A DNA stretch of 64,000 nt from an uncultured Alphaproteobacteria bacterium (lineage in GTDB: Bacteria > Pseudomonadota > Alphaproteobacteria > HIMB59 > GCA-002718135), in the NCBI GenBank assembly GCA_902575375.1, contig CACGRD010000002.1, positions 49,521 to 113,520 of the forward strand, given 5' to 3'. The notes under the pieces are model-generated. The model was not told the DNA's origin. It searched no databases and saw nothing but the letters and a program-made list of their open reading frames with translations. Below are positions 41,777 through 51,019 of the stretch, piece by piece; within the stretch, counting starts at the first letter, position 1; each line of letters opens with the position of its first letter. Both the position numbers and the translations under genes were made by a program.

Positions 41777-43100
41777 AGTTTTAATTATAGATGATGAAAA
41801 AGATATTTGTTTTCTTATTTCAGAAATTTTAAAAGATGAAAAATACAATACCTCTATTGCACTTAATTCAGATGAAGCAATTAGTAAATTCAACGAAATT
41901 AAACCCGATTTAGTTATTTTAGATGTATGGCTATCTAACAGTAAATTAGACGGTATTGAAATTTTAAAAGAATTCAAATCGATTAATAAAAATATTCCAA
42001 TTATTATTATAAGTGGTCATGGTACTGTTGATCTTGCAGTAAAGTCTATAAAAAATGGAGCATACGATTTTTTAGAAAAGCCATTCAATAGTGATAAATT
42101 AATTATTCTCACTAAGAGAGCTATAGAAAGCTCGTCATTATTAAATGAAAATAAAAATTTAAAAGATACCTTAATTAAAACAATACCATTAATAGGAAAT
42201 TCAGAGTTTATTAAAAAAATTAATAAACAATTGAATGAGCAGAGCTCAGTTAATTCTAGATTATTAATTGAAGGACCATTTGGAACAGGAAAAAAACATT
42301 TCACAAATTTAATACATCAAAATTCACAATATAAAGATAAGCTTCCTATATCAATTGATTTTAAAAAACTAACAAATGAAGCATTGGATAAAATGTTTGA
42401 GGAAAATAAAAATTCAATCAATGAAAATATTTTTTATCGATCAAACAATAATACATTAATACTTCTCAATATAGAAACACTGCCAAATATTTATCAAAAA
42501 AAACTTTTAAATTTTCTAGAAAACAATAAATTTTTTGAAGATCTTGAGATTAAATTAAATCATAAAATTATTACAATTACTGAGAAAAATTTAAAATTAG
42601 AAATTGAAAAAGGTAATTTTATTAAAAGGCTATACGATAGAATTTCAACAGACTCAATAAATTTTAAATCTCTTTCTGAAAGGAGAGATGATGTTCTTCC
42701 AATTCTTGATTTTTATTTAAATGAAAAAAGTGGAGGAAATTTAAATTTTAAATTTTCTTCAGGTGCTTTGACCAAATTACAAATGTATGATTGGCCAGGA
42801 AATATATCTCAATTAATCAACTATGTAGAGAAAAGTCTAATACTCAATCAAGATCAGAATATAAAAGAGTTAGAGGTTGATGATTTAGCTCTTCAAATGG
42901 GAGATGATACTGCGTCAAATTCTTCAAACAATTCGTTGGATTTGTCTTTAAAAGAAGCAAGATCAGAGTTTGAAAAAAATTATTTAATATCGCAAATTAA
43001 GAGATTTAATGGTAATATAACAAAAGTTTCTGAATTTACAGGCATGGAAAGAACTGCTCTTTATAGGAAATTTAAATCATTAGATATAAAAGTAGAATAA
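41769..43100 (+). CDS. ntrX: NtrX-type response regulator (receiver + degenerate AAA+ domain + Fis-type HTH)
   Basis: Receiver MHKVLIIDDEKD...DLVILDVWL, AAA+-like core (GPFGTGKK; LILLNIE in the Walker B position; WPGNISQL) and a C-terminal HTH (GNITKVSEFTGMERTALYRKFK). The ATG at 41769 overlaps the ntrY stop (ATGCATAA). Confidence 0.88.
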   Translation: MHKVLIIDDEKDICFLISEILKDEKYNTSIALNSDEAISKFNEIKPDLVILDVWLSNSKLDGIEILKEFKSINKNIPIIIISGHGTVDLAVKSIKNGAYDFLEKPFNSDKLIILTKRAIESSSLLNENKNLKDTLIKTIPLIGNSEFIKKINKQLNEQSSVNSRLLIEGPFGTGKKHFTNLIHQNSQYKDKLPISIDFKKLTNEALDKMFEENKNSINENIFYRSNNNTLILLNIETLPNIYQKKLLNFLENNKFFEDLEIKLNHKIITITEKNLKLEIEKGNFIKRLYDRISTDSINFKSLSERRDDVLPILDFYLNEKSGGNLNFKFSSGALTKLQMYDWPGNISQLINYVEKSLILNQDQNIKELEVDDLALQMGDDTASNSSNNSLDLSLKEARSEFEKNYLISQIKRFNGNITKVSEFTGMERTALYRKFKSLDIKVE

Positions 43101-43107
43101 CTAATTA

Positions 43108-44472
43108 ATGAAAACAATTATTTGTGGAGCTGGAGATGTTGGATATAGCATAGCTGATAAACTATCACGTGAAAATTTTGAAGTAACAGTTATTGATCAA
43201 GATGAAAATAAATTAAATAAAGTATCTGAAACATTAGATGTCAAAACAATAAATGGTATTCCTAGTATGCCATCAGTTTTAGAGAGTGCCGGTGCAAATG
43301 ACTGTGAAATACTAATTGCAGTTACCAAGAGTGACGAAACTAATATGGTTACCTGTCAAATTGGTCATTCTTTATTTAAAATAAAAAAGAAAATTGCTAG
43401 AATAAGACAACAAGATTATTTAAAAACTGATTGGAAAAATTTATATAATGATGAAAATTTCCCAATCGATGCAATTATTTCTCCAGAACAAGAAGTTGCT
43501 AAAGGTATATTTAGAAGATTAATTTCACCTGGCACAATAGACATGGTTGAATTATCAGATAAAAAATTAAAATTAATTGGATTAAAATGCGAGGATAATT
43601 TTTTACATTCCGGCTTGTCTGTGAGAGAATTATCAGAAAAATTTCCTGACTATTTAGCTAACATTATGTTTGTATTTAGAGGGGATCAAAAATTTACAGT
43701 AAATTCTGCAACTAAAATTGAAAAAAAAGATACCATCTTTCTAGTTGTGGAAACTGATAATTTGACAGACGTGTTATCTGAATTTGGCCATCAAGAATTG
43801 CAGGCAAAAAAAGCTGTTATTATCGGTGGTGGAAATATAGGATTTTCACTTGCACAATTAATTGAAAATTCTGAAAGTTATATAAAAACTGAACTTGTTG
43901 AGGCAAACAAAGAACGTGCAGAATTTCTTGCATCAAACTTAGAAAATATCACCGTGACATGTGGAGATGGATTAGATAATCAGATACTTGAAGAGGTCAA
44001 TATATCAGAGGCTGGTTATTGTATATCAATTACAGAAGATGATGAAGTTAATATATTATCTTCTTTATTAGCTAAAAGAGCAGGTGCTGACACGTCAATA
44101 ACTTTGATTAATAATAGCAATTATTCATCTTTGTTATCTAATATTGGAGTTGATATGACAATAGATCCAAAAATAATAACAATTTCTAAAATTTTAGAAA
44201 AAGTAAGAGGTGTAAAAATTAGAAATGATTATTCAATAGGTGAAGGTTTTGGAGAAGTAATAGAAGCAGATATTCAGTCAGAATCATTTCTCTGTAATAA
44301 AAATCTTAAAGAATTAGAATTACCTAAAGGTATACGTATTGGCTCTATTGTAAGAGATAAAAAAATTATAATCCCTAATAGCCAAACTGTTTTTAAAGAA
44401 AATGATGATGTTGTTTTTTTTGCTGAAACAAACTGCATAAAAAAACTAGAGAAACTTTTATCAAAAGTTTAA
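43108..44472 (+). CDS. trkA: Trk potassium uptake system protein TrkA
   Basis: 454 aa with two Rossmann/RCK repeats (IICGAGDVGYSIA... and VIIGGGNIGFSLA...). Confidence 0.9.
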   Translation: MKTIICGAGDVGYSIADKLSRENFEVTVIDQDENKLNKVSETLDVKTINGIPSMPSVLESAGANDCEILIAVTKSDETNMVTCQIGHSLFKIKKKIARIRQQDYLKTDWKNLYNDENFPIDAIISPEQEVAKGIFRRLISPGTIDMVELSDKKLKLIGLKCEDNFLHSGLSVRELSEKFPDYLANIMFVFRGDQKFTVNSATKIEKKDTIFLVVETDNLTDVLSEFGHQELQAKKAVIIGGGNIGFSLAQLIENSESYIKTELVEANKERAEFLASNLENITVTCGDGLDNQILEEVNISEAGYCISITEDDEVNILSSLLAKRAGADTSITLINNSNYSSLLSNIGVDMTIDPKIITISKILEKVRGVKIRNDYSIGEGFGEVIEADIQSESFLCNKNLKELELPKGIRIGSIVRDKKIIIPNSQTVFKENDDVVFFAETNCIKKLEKLLSKV

Positions 44473-44476
44473 TTTA

Positions 44477-45322
44477 ATGCCAAATTTTGCTTATATTAAT
44501 AACAAATTTGTAAATTTTAAATCAGCAAAAATTCATATAGAGGATAGAGGATTGCAATTTGCTGATAGTGTTTATGAAGTTATCGCAGTCTTAGATAAAA
44601 ATTTAATTGATTTAGATTTTCATCTTAAGAGATTAAAATATTCTCTACGTGAATTAGAAATTAAATTTACAATCAATAAAAAAAACCTAAATAATATTTT
44701 TCTAAATCTGATTAAGAAAAATAAGACAAGAAATGGTATAATATATTTACAAATTACAAGAGGTATTCAATTTAGAGAACATAAATATCATAAAAATTTA
44801 ATCCCAACCTTGATTGTATACACTAGAAGTAAAAACTTTAATTTACCTGGAAAAAAATTTGTAGGAGTAAATACAATTACATATCAAGATCTTAGATGGA
44901 AAAGACGTGATATTAAAACAGTAAATTTGTTGCCAAATATTATAGCAGCAAACATGGCCAAAAAGAAAAATGCTTATGAGGCAATTTTAATACAAAATGG
45001 AAAAGTTACTGAGGGCACATCTTCTAATATTTGGATTATAAAAAGAAATTATTTAATCACTCATCCAGCTAATTCTGATATTTTAAAAGGAGTTACTAGA
45101 ACATCTCTTTTAAAAATTATAAAAAAAACTAAGCTTAAACTAATAGAAAAACAATTTACCCATAAGCAATTAATTACTGCTGATGAAGTATTTTTAACAA
45201 GCTCTGGAAGTTTTATTACTCCTATTTTAAAAATTGATAATAAAAAAATTAATAATGGTAAAATTGGCAATAATACATTGAAACTAGCAGAAATGTATAC
45301 TGAAGCATGTATAAATGGATAA
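44477..45322 (+). CDS. Class IV (D-amino-acid / branched-chain) aminotransferase
   Basis: 281 aa with IEDRGLQFADSVYEVI...VTEGTSSNIW...ILKGVTR motifs. Confidence 0.85.
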   Translation: MPNFAYINNKFVNFKSAKIHIEDRGLQFADSVYEVIAVLDKNLIDLDFHLKRLKYSLRELEIKFTINKKNLNNIFLNLIKKNKTRNGIIYLQITRGIQFREHKYHKNLIPTLIVYTRSKNFNLPGKKFVGVNTITYQDLRWKRRDIKTVNLLPNIIAANMAKKKNAYEAILIQNGKVTEGTSSNIWIIKRNYLITHPANSDILKGVTRTSLLKIIKKTKLKLIEKQFTHKQLITADEVFLTSSGSFITPILKIDNKKINNGKIGNNTLKLAEMYTEACING

Positions 45323-46118
45323 TATAAAGCAAGAGGACATAGAAGACATTTGCTTTAATGTGAGTCAAAATATTATCTTACCAAAATTTAAAAATTTATC
45401 AGACGATGACATTAATTATAAAAATGGATCTGATTTAGTAACTGCAGCTGATATAGAAGCAGAAAAAGCATTAAAAAAAAATTTGTTAAAAATTTTACCT
45501 TCTTCAAATTTTATAGGTGAGGAGGAATATTCTAGAAATGAAAATATATTAAATTTTTATAATGAAGATGCATATTGTTGGACTGTTGACCCAATAGATG
45601 GAACAACAAATTTTGCTAATGGTAGAGATAAATTTGCAATTATGATAGCTTTAACATTTAAAGAAAAAATATTACGTTCTTGGATTTATAAACCATTAGA
45701 TAAAATTATGTGTTCAGCTATTGTAAATGAAGGCGCTTTTATCAATAATAATAAAGTTATAACTAAAGGTGTAGATATACTTGAAGAAACTATAGGATCG
45801 ATAAGTACAAAATATTGGGAACCAGGATTTAAAGATAAGTTAAAAATATTTAAAAATATATTTAAAGAAGTTAACTCTTATAGATGCATTGGTTTTGAAT
45901 ATATAGATATAGGTATTGGCATTAGAAATTTTGCTATTTTATCAAAATTATCTCCCTGGGATCATATTCCAGGTATTCTTTTTGTGAGAGAAGCAGGAGG
46001 TTCTGACATAGATTTTGATAAAAATAAATATGACTTTACAAAAAAGAATAAGAATTTAGTTGTAAGTAATTCAGAAGATTTGAATTTTAAAATTTTAGAA
46101 AAATTAGGAGAAATTTAA
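45315..46118 (+). CDS. Inositol monophosphatase family protein (IMPase/CysQ/HisN-like; substrate unknown)
   Basis: Motifs GEEE...WTVDPIDGTTNF...WDHIPG. Confidence 0.8.
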   Translation: MDNIKQEDIEDICFNVSQNIILPKFKNLSDDDINYKNGSDLVTAADIEAEKALKKNLLKILPSSNFIGEEEYSRNENILNFYNEDAYCWTVDPIDGTTNFANGRDKFAIMIALTFKEKILRSWIYKPLDKIMCSAIVNEGAFINNNKVITKGVDILEETIGSISTKYWEPGFKDKLKIFKNIFKEVNSYRCIGFEYIDIGIGIRNFAILSKLSPWDHIPGILFVREAGGSDIDFDKNKYDFTKKNKNLVVSNSEDLNFKILEKLGEI

Positions 46119-46990
46119 TGAGTATTAAAAATGTATCTTTTGTTGGCTTAGGAGTAATGGGTTATCCAATGGCCGGTCATCTTCAAAAAAATGGTTATAA
46201 TGTAACTGTTTATAATAGAACAACAGCTAAGGCAGAAAAATGGGTACAAGAATATAAAGGTAGCATGGCTAAAACTCCTGGTGAAGCTTCTCAAAATTCT
46301 GAAATTGTTTTTATGTGTGTTGGACGTGATGAAGATATTATTGAAGTAATGGAAGGTGAAGGTGGAATTCTTTCCAATGTAGCTGAAGGATCAATAATTG
46401 TTGATCACACAACAGCTTCTGCAGAGATAGCAAGAAATTATTATCAAAAACTTAAAGATAAAAAATTGAGTTTTCTTGATGCTCCTGTATCCGGCGGTCA
46501 AGCTGGTGCAGAAAAAGGTGTTCTTTCCATTATGATTGGCGGCGATGAAAAAGATTATAATACTGTTAAACTAGTTCTCAAATCTTATGGAAAAGCAGTT
46601 GAACTTATAGGTCCATCTGGATCAGGTCAAATAGCTAAAATGATAAATCAAATTTGTATTGCAGGATTAGTTCAAGGTTTATCTGAAGCAATGGCTTTTG
46701 GAAAAAAATCCAATGTAGATATGGAAAAAGTTCTTAGCGTAATATCAAAAGGAGCGGCACAATCATGGCAAATGGAAAATAGATATAGAACTATGCTAGA
46801 TGGCAAATTTGATTATGGTTTTGCTGTAGATTGGATGCGCAAAGATTTATCAATTTGTTTTAATGAAGCTGATAAGAATGGCGCTAATCTTCCTATTACA
46901 AAAATAGTTGATAAATATTATGAAGAAGTCCAAAAGAATGGTGGTAATAGATTTGACACGTCATCTTTAATGACGCTAGTTGATAAATAG
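46118..46990 (+). CDS. NAD(P)-dependent beta-hydroxyacid dehydrogenase (3-hydroxyisobutyrate dehydrogenase family)
   Basis: VSFVGLGVMGYPMAGHL Rossmann N-terminus, DAPVSGG and GSGQIAKMINQ motifs. Confidence 0.85.
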   Translation: MSIKNVSFVGLGVMGYPMAGHLQKNGYNVTVYNRTTAKAEKWVQEYKGSMAKTPGEASQNSEIVFMCVGRDEDIIEVMEGEGGILSNVAEGSIIVDHTTASAEIARNYYQKLKDKKLSFLDAPVSGGQAGAEKGVLSIMIGGDEKDYNTVKLVLKSYGKAVELIGPSGSGQIAKMINQICIAGLVQGLSEAMAFGKKSNVDMEKVLSVISKGAAQSWQMENRYRTMLDGKFDYGFAVDWMRKDLSICFNEADKNGANLPITKIVDKYYEEVQKNGGNRFDTSSLMTLVDK

Positions 46991-47898
46991 TGGTAAATAA
47001 ATATTTATTAGCTGTTATTTTATTAATTGCTTCCTCTTTTTTTTGGTCTGGAAATTTTTTTGCTGGTAAAATTGCATATAATACAGACTTGTCTCCGTTT
47101 AAATTAAGTTTTTTTCGATGGACTTTAGCTTTTATTATACTTTTACCTTTTACGTATAGTGAGATAAAAAAAAATTTAAAATATTATAAAGAAAATTTAT
47201 TATTAATTAGTTTGATTGCATTTCTTGGTGTAACAATCTTTAATTCTTTTACTTATATATCTTTACAAACAACACTCGTAATTAATTCTGCTCTTATGAA
47301 CTCTGTTACACCAGTTCTAATTATTGGTTTTTCATGGTTAATATTTAAAACGAAGACAAGTTTACTTCAATTTATTGGAATATTCTTATCTGTTATTGGT
47401 GCATTTTGTATTATTTTAAAAGGGAATTTAAATAATCTTTATTCTTTTCAATTTACAAGTGGTGATATTTGGATGTTTATTGCTGCACTTTCATGGTGTG
47501 TGTATTCAGTACTATTAAGAAAAATTGATAAAAATCTTTCTCAACTTGCAACTTTAGAAGTACTTATATTTATTGGTTTAATTTTTCTCATACCTCTATA
47601 TTTGATAGAGTCTTCAAATTCTACTTTCATTCCTGATAATAGTACGGATTATTTAATAATTATTTATGTGGCCATATTTGCAAGTATTGTTTCTTTTTTT
47701 TCATGGAATATGGGAGTTTCAATTATAGGCGCTAACCGAGCTGGATTATTTTTACACTTAATACCGGTATTTAGTTCAATTTGGGCAATAAGTTTTTTAG
47801 GAGAACAATTTGCTTTATTTCATTTAATTGGAACTATATTTATATTATTGGGTATAATACTCTCAAACTTAAATTTTAAATATGTCAAAGATAATTAA
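46990..47898 (+). CDS. EamA/DMT-superfamily transporter
   Basis: 302 aa with about 10 TM segments in two EamA-like halves. The GTG start overlaps the preceding TAG (TAGTG). Confidence 0.8.
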   Translation: MVNKYLLAVILLIASSFFWSGNFFAGKIAYNTDLSPFKLSFFRWTLAFIILLPFTYSEIKKNLKYYKENLLLISLIAFLGVTIFNSFTYISLQTTLVINSALMNSVTPVLIIGFSWLIFKTKTSLLQFIGIFLSVIGAFCIILKGNLNNLYSFQFTSGDIWMFIAALSWCVYSVLLRKIDKNLSQLATLEVLIFIGLIFLIPLYLIESSNSTFIPDNSTDYLIIIYVAIFASIVSFFSWNMGVSIIGANRAGLFLHLIPVFSSIWAISFLGEQFALFHLIGTIFILLGIILSNLNFKYVKDN

Positions 47899-48277
47899 AA
47901 CAGATCAAGAATGGAAATCTCTTCTTACAGAAGATGAATATTATGTAACAAGACAAAAGGGAACAGAACCTCCTTTTTCCGGTAAAAATTTTGAAATTAT
48001 TAATGGTGGTATTTTTAAATGTAAATGCTGTGGTAATGAATTATTTAATAGTTCAACAAAATATGATTCTTATTGTGGGTGGCCAAGTTTTTTTGAACAA
48101 ATATCACCTGAAGCAATTAAAACAGAGACTGATAGATCGCATGGAATGGTGCGTATTGAAATTATGTGTGCCAAATGTGATGCCCATTTAGGACATGTTT
48201 TTGATGATGGTCCTGAGCCTACTGGCAAAAGATATTGTGTAAATTCTCTTTCTATTAATTACGAAGAGTTTGAATAA
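47882..48277 (+). CDS. msrB: Peptide-methionine (R)-S-oxide reductase MsrB
   Basis: CxxC...CxxC zinc site (CKCCGNELF...CAKCDAHLGHVF) and the catalytic RYCVNS motif. Confidence 0.93.
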   Translation: MSKIIKTDQEWKSLLTEDEYYVTRQKGTEPPFSGKNFEIINGGIFKCKCCGNELFNSSTKYDSYCGWPSFFEQISPEAIKTETDRSHGMVRIEIMCAKCDAHLGHVFDDGPEPTGKRYCVNSLSINYEEFE

Positions 48278-49451
48278 TACTTTTTATACACTTTTATTTT
48301 CATCAATAGGTCATGCGCTTATGCATATGTTTGCGGCATTTTATTTTGTAATTGTTCTGACGATAGAAAAAGAATGGAATATTTCTTATGATCAATTAAT
48401 TAGATTATGGTCTCTTGGAGCTTTACTAATTGGTTTAGGGGCAATTCCTTTTGGGTGGTTAAGTGATAAATGGTCCCGTTCAGGAACAATGACAATTATG
48501 TTTATTGGAATGGGATTAGCCTCCATTTTATGTGGTTTAAGCACATCAGTTTCTTTTTTATTTTTTTCCTTATCACTTCTTGGACTTTTCTGTTCAATTT
48601 ACCATCCTGTAGGCATTCCTTGGGTAATTCATGCAGCTAACAAACAGGGAAGAGCGCTTGGTGTAAATGGTATTTTTGGTGGGGTAGGGATAGGCTCTGG
48701 AGCATTTGTAGCTGGTGCTCTAACAGAATTACTAAATTGGCAACTAGCTTTTATATTACCTGGTTTAATATCAATTATTATTGGGTTTATTCTTATTTAC
48801 TTAATCTTAATTGATAAAATATCTTACAAAAATTATTTTATTAAAAATGATGATCAAGATCATTCCCGTAATGAGATGATTTTAATTGCATTAATAATGT
48901 TATTATCAATGTTTGCTCTTGGATTATCTTTTCACAATACACAAACAGCCTTACCAAAAGTATTTGAAATACGAATTGGTAACACAAGCTCAATTCAAAT
49001 TGGATTTATGATAGCAATTATCTATTTTATTTCTGGTGCAACAACATTTGTTGGAGGCTTACTTGCTGATCGATTTAATTTAAAAACTATTTACTTAATT
49101 GGTATATTTCTTCAGTTTCCTTGCTACCTAGGAATAGCCTACATATCTGGTTACTCTTTAGTAGTGTTATGTATTCTAGCTGCCGTATTTAATGCAAGTA
49201 TTCTGCCTACAGAAAATCTCTTACTTGGGAAATTTACACCCCAAAAGTATCATGGTGTAGTATACGGAATTAAGTTTATTCTTGCATTTGGATCAGGACC
49301 AATTTCGGTATTCTTAATTTCAGAAATATATTCCATAACTTTAGAGTTTACTTATTTGTTTTTAATTAATGCAATAATGATGGCTATAGTTTCAATCTTT
49401 ATTATTTTCTTACCAATTCAAGGTAATCAAAGAACAGCTATTCAGGATTAG
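48270..49451 (+). CDS. MFS transporter (substrate unknown)
   Basis: 393 aa with about 12 TM segments and the MFS loop motif GWLSDKWSRSG. TTG start. Confidence 0.8.
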   Translation: MNNTFYTLLFSSIGHALMHMFAAFYFVIVLTIEKEWNISYDQLIRLWSLGALLIGLGAIPFGWLSDKWSRSGTMTIMFIGMGLASILCGLSTSVSFLFFSLSLLGLFCSIYHPVGIPWVIHAANKQGRALGVNGIFGGVGIGSGAFVAGALTELLNWQLAFILPGLISIIIGFILIYLILIDKISYKNYFIKNDDQDHSRNEMILIALIMLLSMFALGLSFHNTQTALPKVFEIRIGNTSSIQIGFMIAIIYFISGATTFVGGLLADRFNLKTIYLIGIFLQFPCYLGIAYISGYSLVVLCILAAVFNASILPTENLLLGKFTPQKYHGVVYGIKFILAFGSGPISVFLISEIYSITLEFTYLFLINAIMMAIVSIFIIFLPIQGNQRTAIQD

Positions 49452-49665
49452 ATTTTATTTCTTCAAGATAATTAATAACTTCATTAAATTTTTCATCAGG
49501 TATATCTTTATAGGTCATACCAAAATGATTTTTTACCTCTAAAGCAACATGAGCATAAGGATTTCTCCCCTTTGGATGATTCGGGTGATCAGTTAATTTT
49601 CCTTTTAAAAAATCACCTGTTTCTTGAATTAGCTTCCAAATTTTAGATGCGTTTTCTTTATTCAA
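49438..49665 (-). CDS. Small hypothetical protein with an ORF6C-like C-terminal motif (phage antirepressor-associated domain)
   Basis: 75 aa of non-low-complexity sequence. The TTG start lies 1 nt after the pepC stop. YAHVALEVKNHFGMTYKDIPDEKFNEVINYLEE resembles, from memory, the ...K..Fgv.SYKDi....f.eA..yi..W pattern of ORF6C domains. Confidence 0.5.
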   Translation of the reverse strand: MNKENASKIWKLIQETGDFLKGKLTDHPNHPKGRNPYAHVALEVKNHFGMTYKDIPDEKFNEVINYLEEIKSNPE

Positions 49666-49666
49666 T

Positions 49667-50989
49667 TTATCTAGCTAAAGCACCCATTGGATCCCAAGGT
49701 GCTAGCGCTACTGGTTCCATATCTAAGTATTTTAAAAGTCTTTTGTTTAGATATTTTTTATCAATGACAACTTCATAGGTATATTCATCAAACCATTCAT
49801 CGGTCATCATCATATATCCTTGATTGCCACTTTTTGTTCCCCAGCTATTTTCAATTTTCCATTTAGTTGAATTTCTTTTTTTAATATCGACACCTGTTAA
49901 AAGCATGGCATGAGTCATTTCACTATCACCATACTCTAGACGAGTCTGTTTATTCATTTTAAATGAAGTTTGGAAGACATTTTCATAGTCGTAAATGCCC
50001 ATATCAAGTACACCCATATCACGACTAAAACGTTTCCCAACATCACAACCAAACCACACAGCTTCATTGTTTTTAATTGAGTCCATTGCAGATTTTTTTA
50101 ATTCTTTAATATCTACATTAAGATATTTAATAATTTGTCCTTCAACAACATTACCAAGATATTCAACTGTATACATTGTATTAAATTTTTTATTGCTCAT
50201 CGGTGCATGGATTAAGCAAACTTTATCTTTAATATTAATATCAGCATATTTTTTACAGAAATCAATTGGCGTCATATCTGAGATGACAATGTGTCTGTTA
50301 TCTTTATTTCGAGTAGACCAATTGATAACATCTGGTGGTTGGCCAAGAAACATTGCTAGTTGATTATAAATTGTTTCCATCATGTCTTTTTTTAGGGCTC
50401 CAGAATTTTTAGCTGGTTTCTTTCTTAGTATAGAAGCAAACTCTCTCAATTTGTGAGTCAAAATATAATTCATGGCACCAGATTTACTGCTATGATTTGT
50501 TTCAGGCATTACATCTTTTGGAACTGCACCATACTTGTTAATTAAATTTACAAACATATCCCACTGTCCACCATCTTGCACAGGTGCTTTTAAAAGATGA
50601 GTAATTAATCTGCTCTCATATGATTCATCTCTTGATTTGATAATATTCTCTAAAAAATAGTTTGCTTTCTCTAACTTATCCCAAAACATGAAATAATTTT
50701 GTGAAAACTCAAATGTATTTAATTCAAGGCTATCAACAACTTGCAAACGCATAAGATTTAATCCTGCAAATCCCCAACATCTACCTGATGCCATTTGGTT
50801 TGTTGCAGGTAGTTCTTTTTTTATTAGATTAGAAAAATTATGATTGATTTGACTAAAGTTTTCCCAATTGAGTGCAACATTAGCTAAATCATTTTTAATT
50901 AATGCATTTCTTGATGCTGTATTTTTATTATTTCTTAGAAATTTATTTTTGAAAGTTTTAATTGTTGATAGAGATATATTTTTTGCCAT
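49667..50989 (-). CDS. pepC: Aminopeptidase C / bleomycin hydrolase family cysteine peptidase (MEROPS C1B)
   Basis: 440 aa with catalytic Cys in QMASGRCWGFAG, His in MTHAMLLTG and Asn in IENSWG. The family-typical C-terminal arm reads ...WDPMGALAR. Confidence 0.88.
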   Translation of the reverse strand: MAKNISLSTIKTFKNKFLRNNKNTASRNALIKNDLANVALNWENFSQINHNFSNLIKKELPATNQMASGRCWGFAGLNLMRLQVVDSLELNTFEFSQNYFMFWDKLEKANYFLENIIKSRDESYESRLITHLLKAPVQDGGQWDMFVNLINKYGAVPKDVMPETNHSSKSGAMNYILTHKLREFASILRKKPAKNSGALKKDMMETIYNQLAMFLGQPPDVINWSTRNKDNRHIVISDMTPIDFCKKYADINIKDKVCLIHAPMSNKKFNTMYTVEYLGNVVEGQIIKYLNVDIKELKKSAMDSIKNNEAVWFGCDVGKRFSRDMGVLDMGIYDYENVFQTSFKMNKQTRLEYGDSEMTHAMLLTGVDIKKRNSTKWKIENSWGTKSGNQGYMMMTDEWFDEYTYEVVIDKKYLNKRLLKYLDMEPVALAPWDPMGALAR

Positions 50990-51019
50990 ATTCTCTATTT
51001 AAAACTATTTCAGCTTAAT

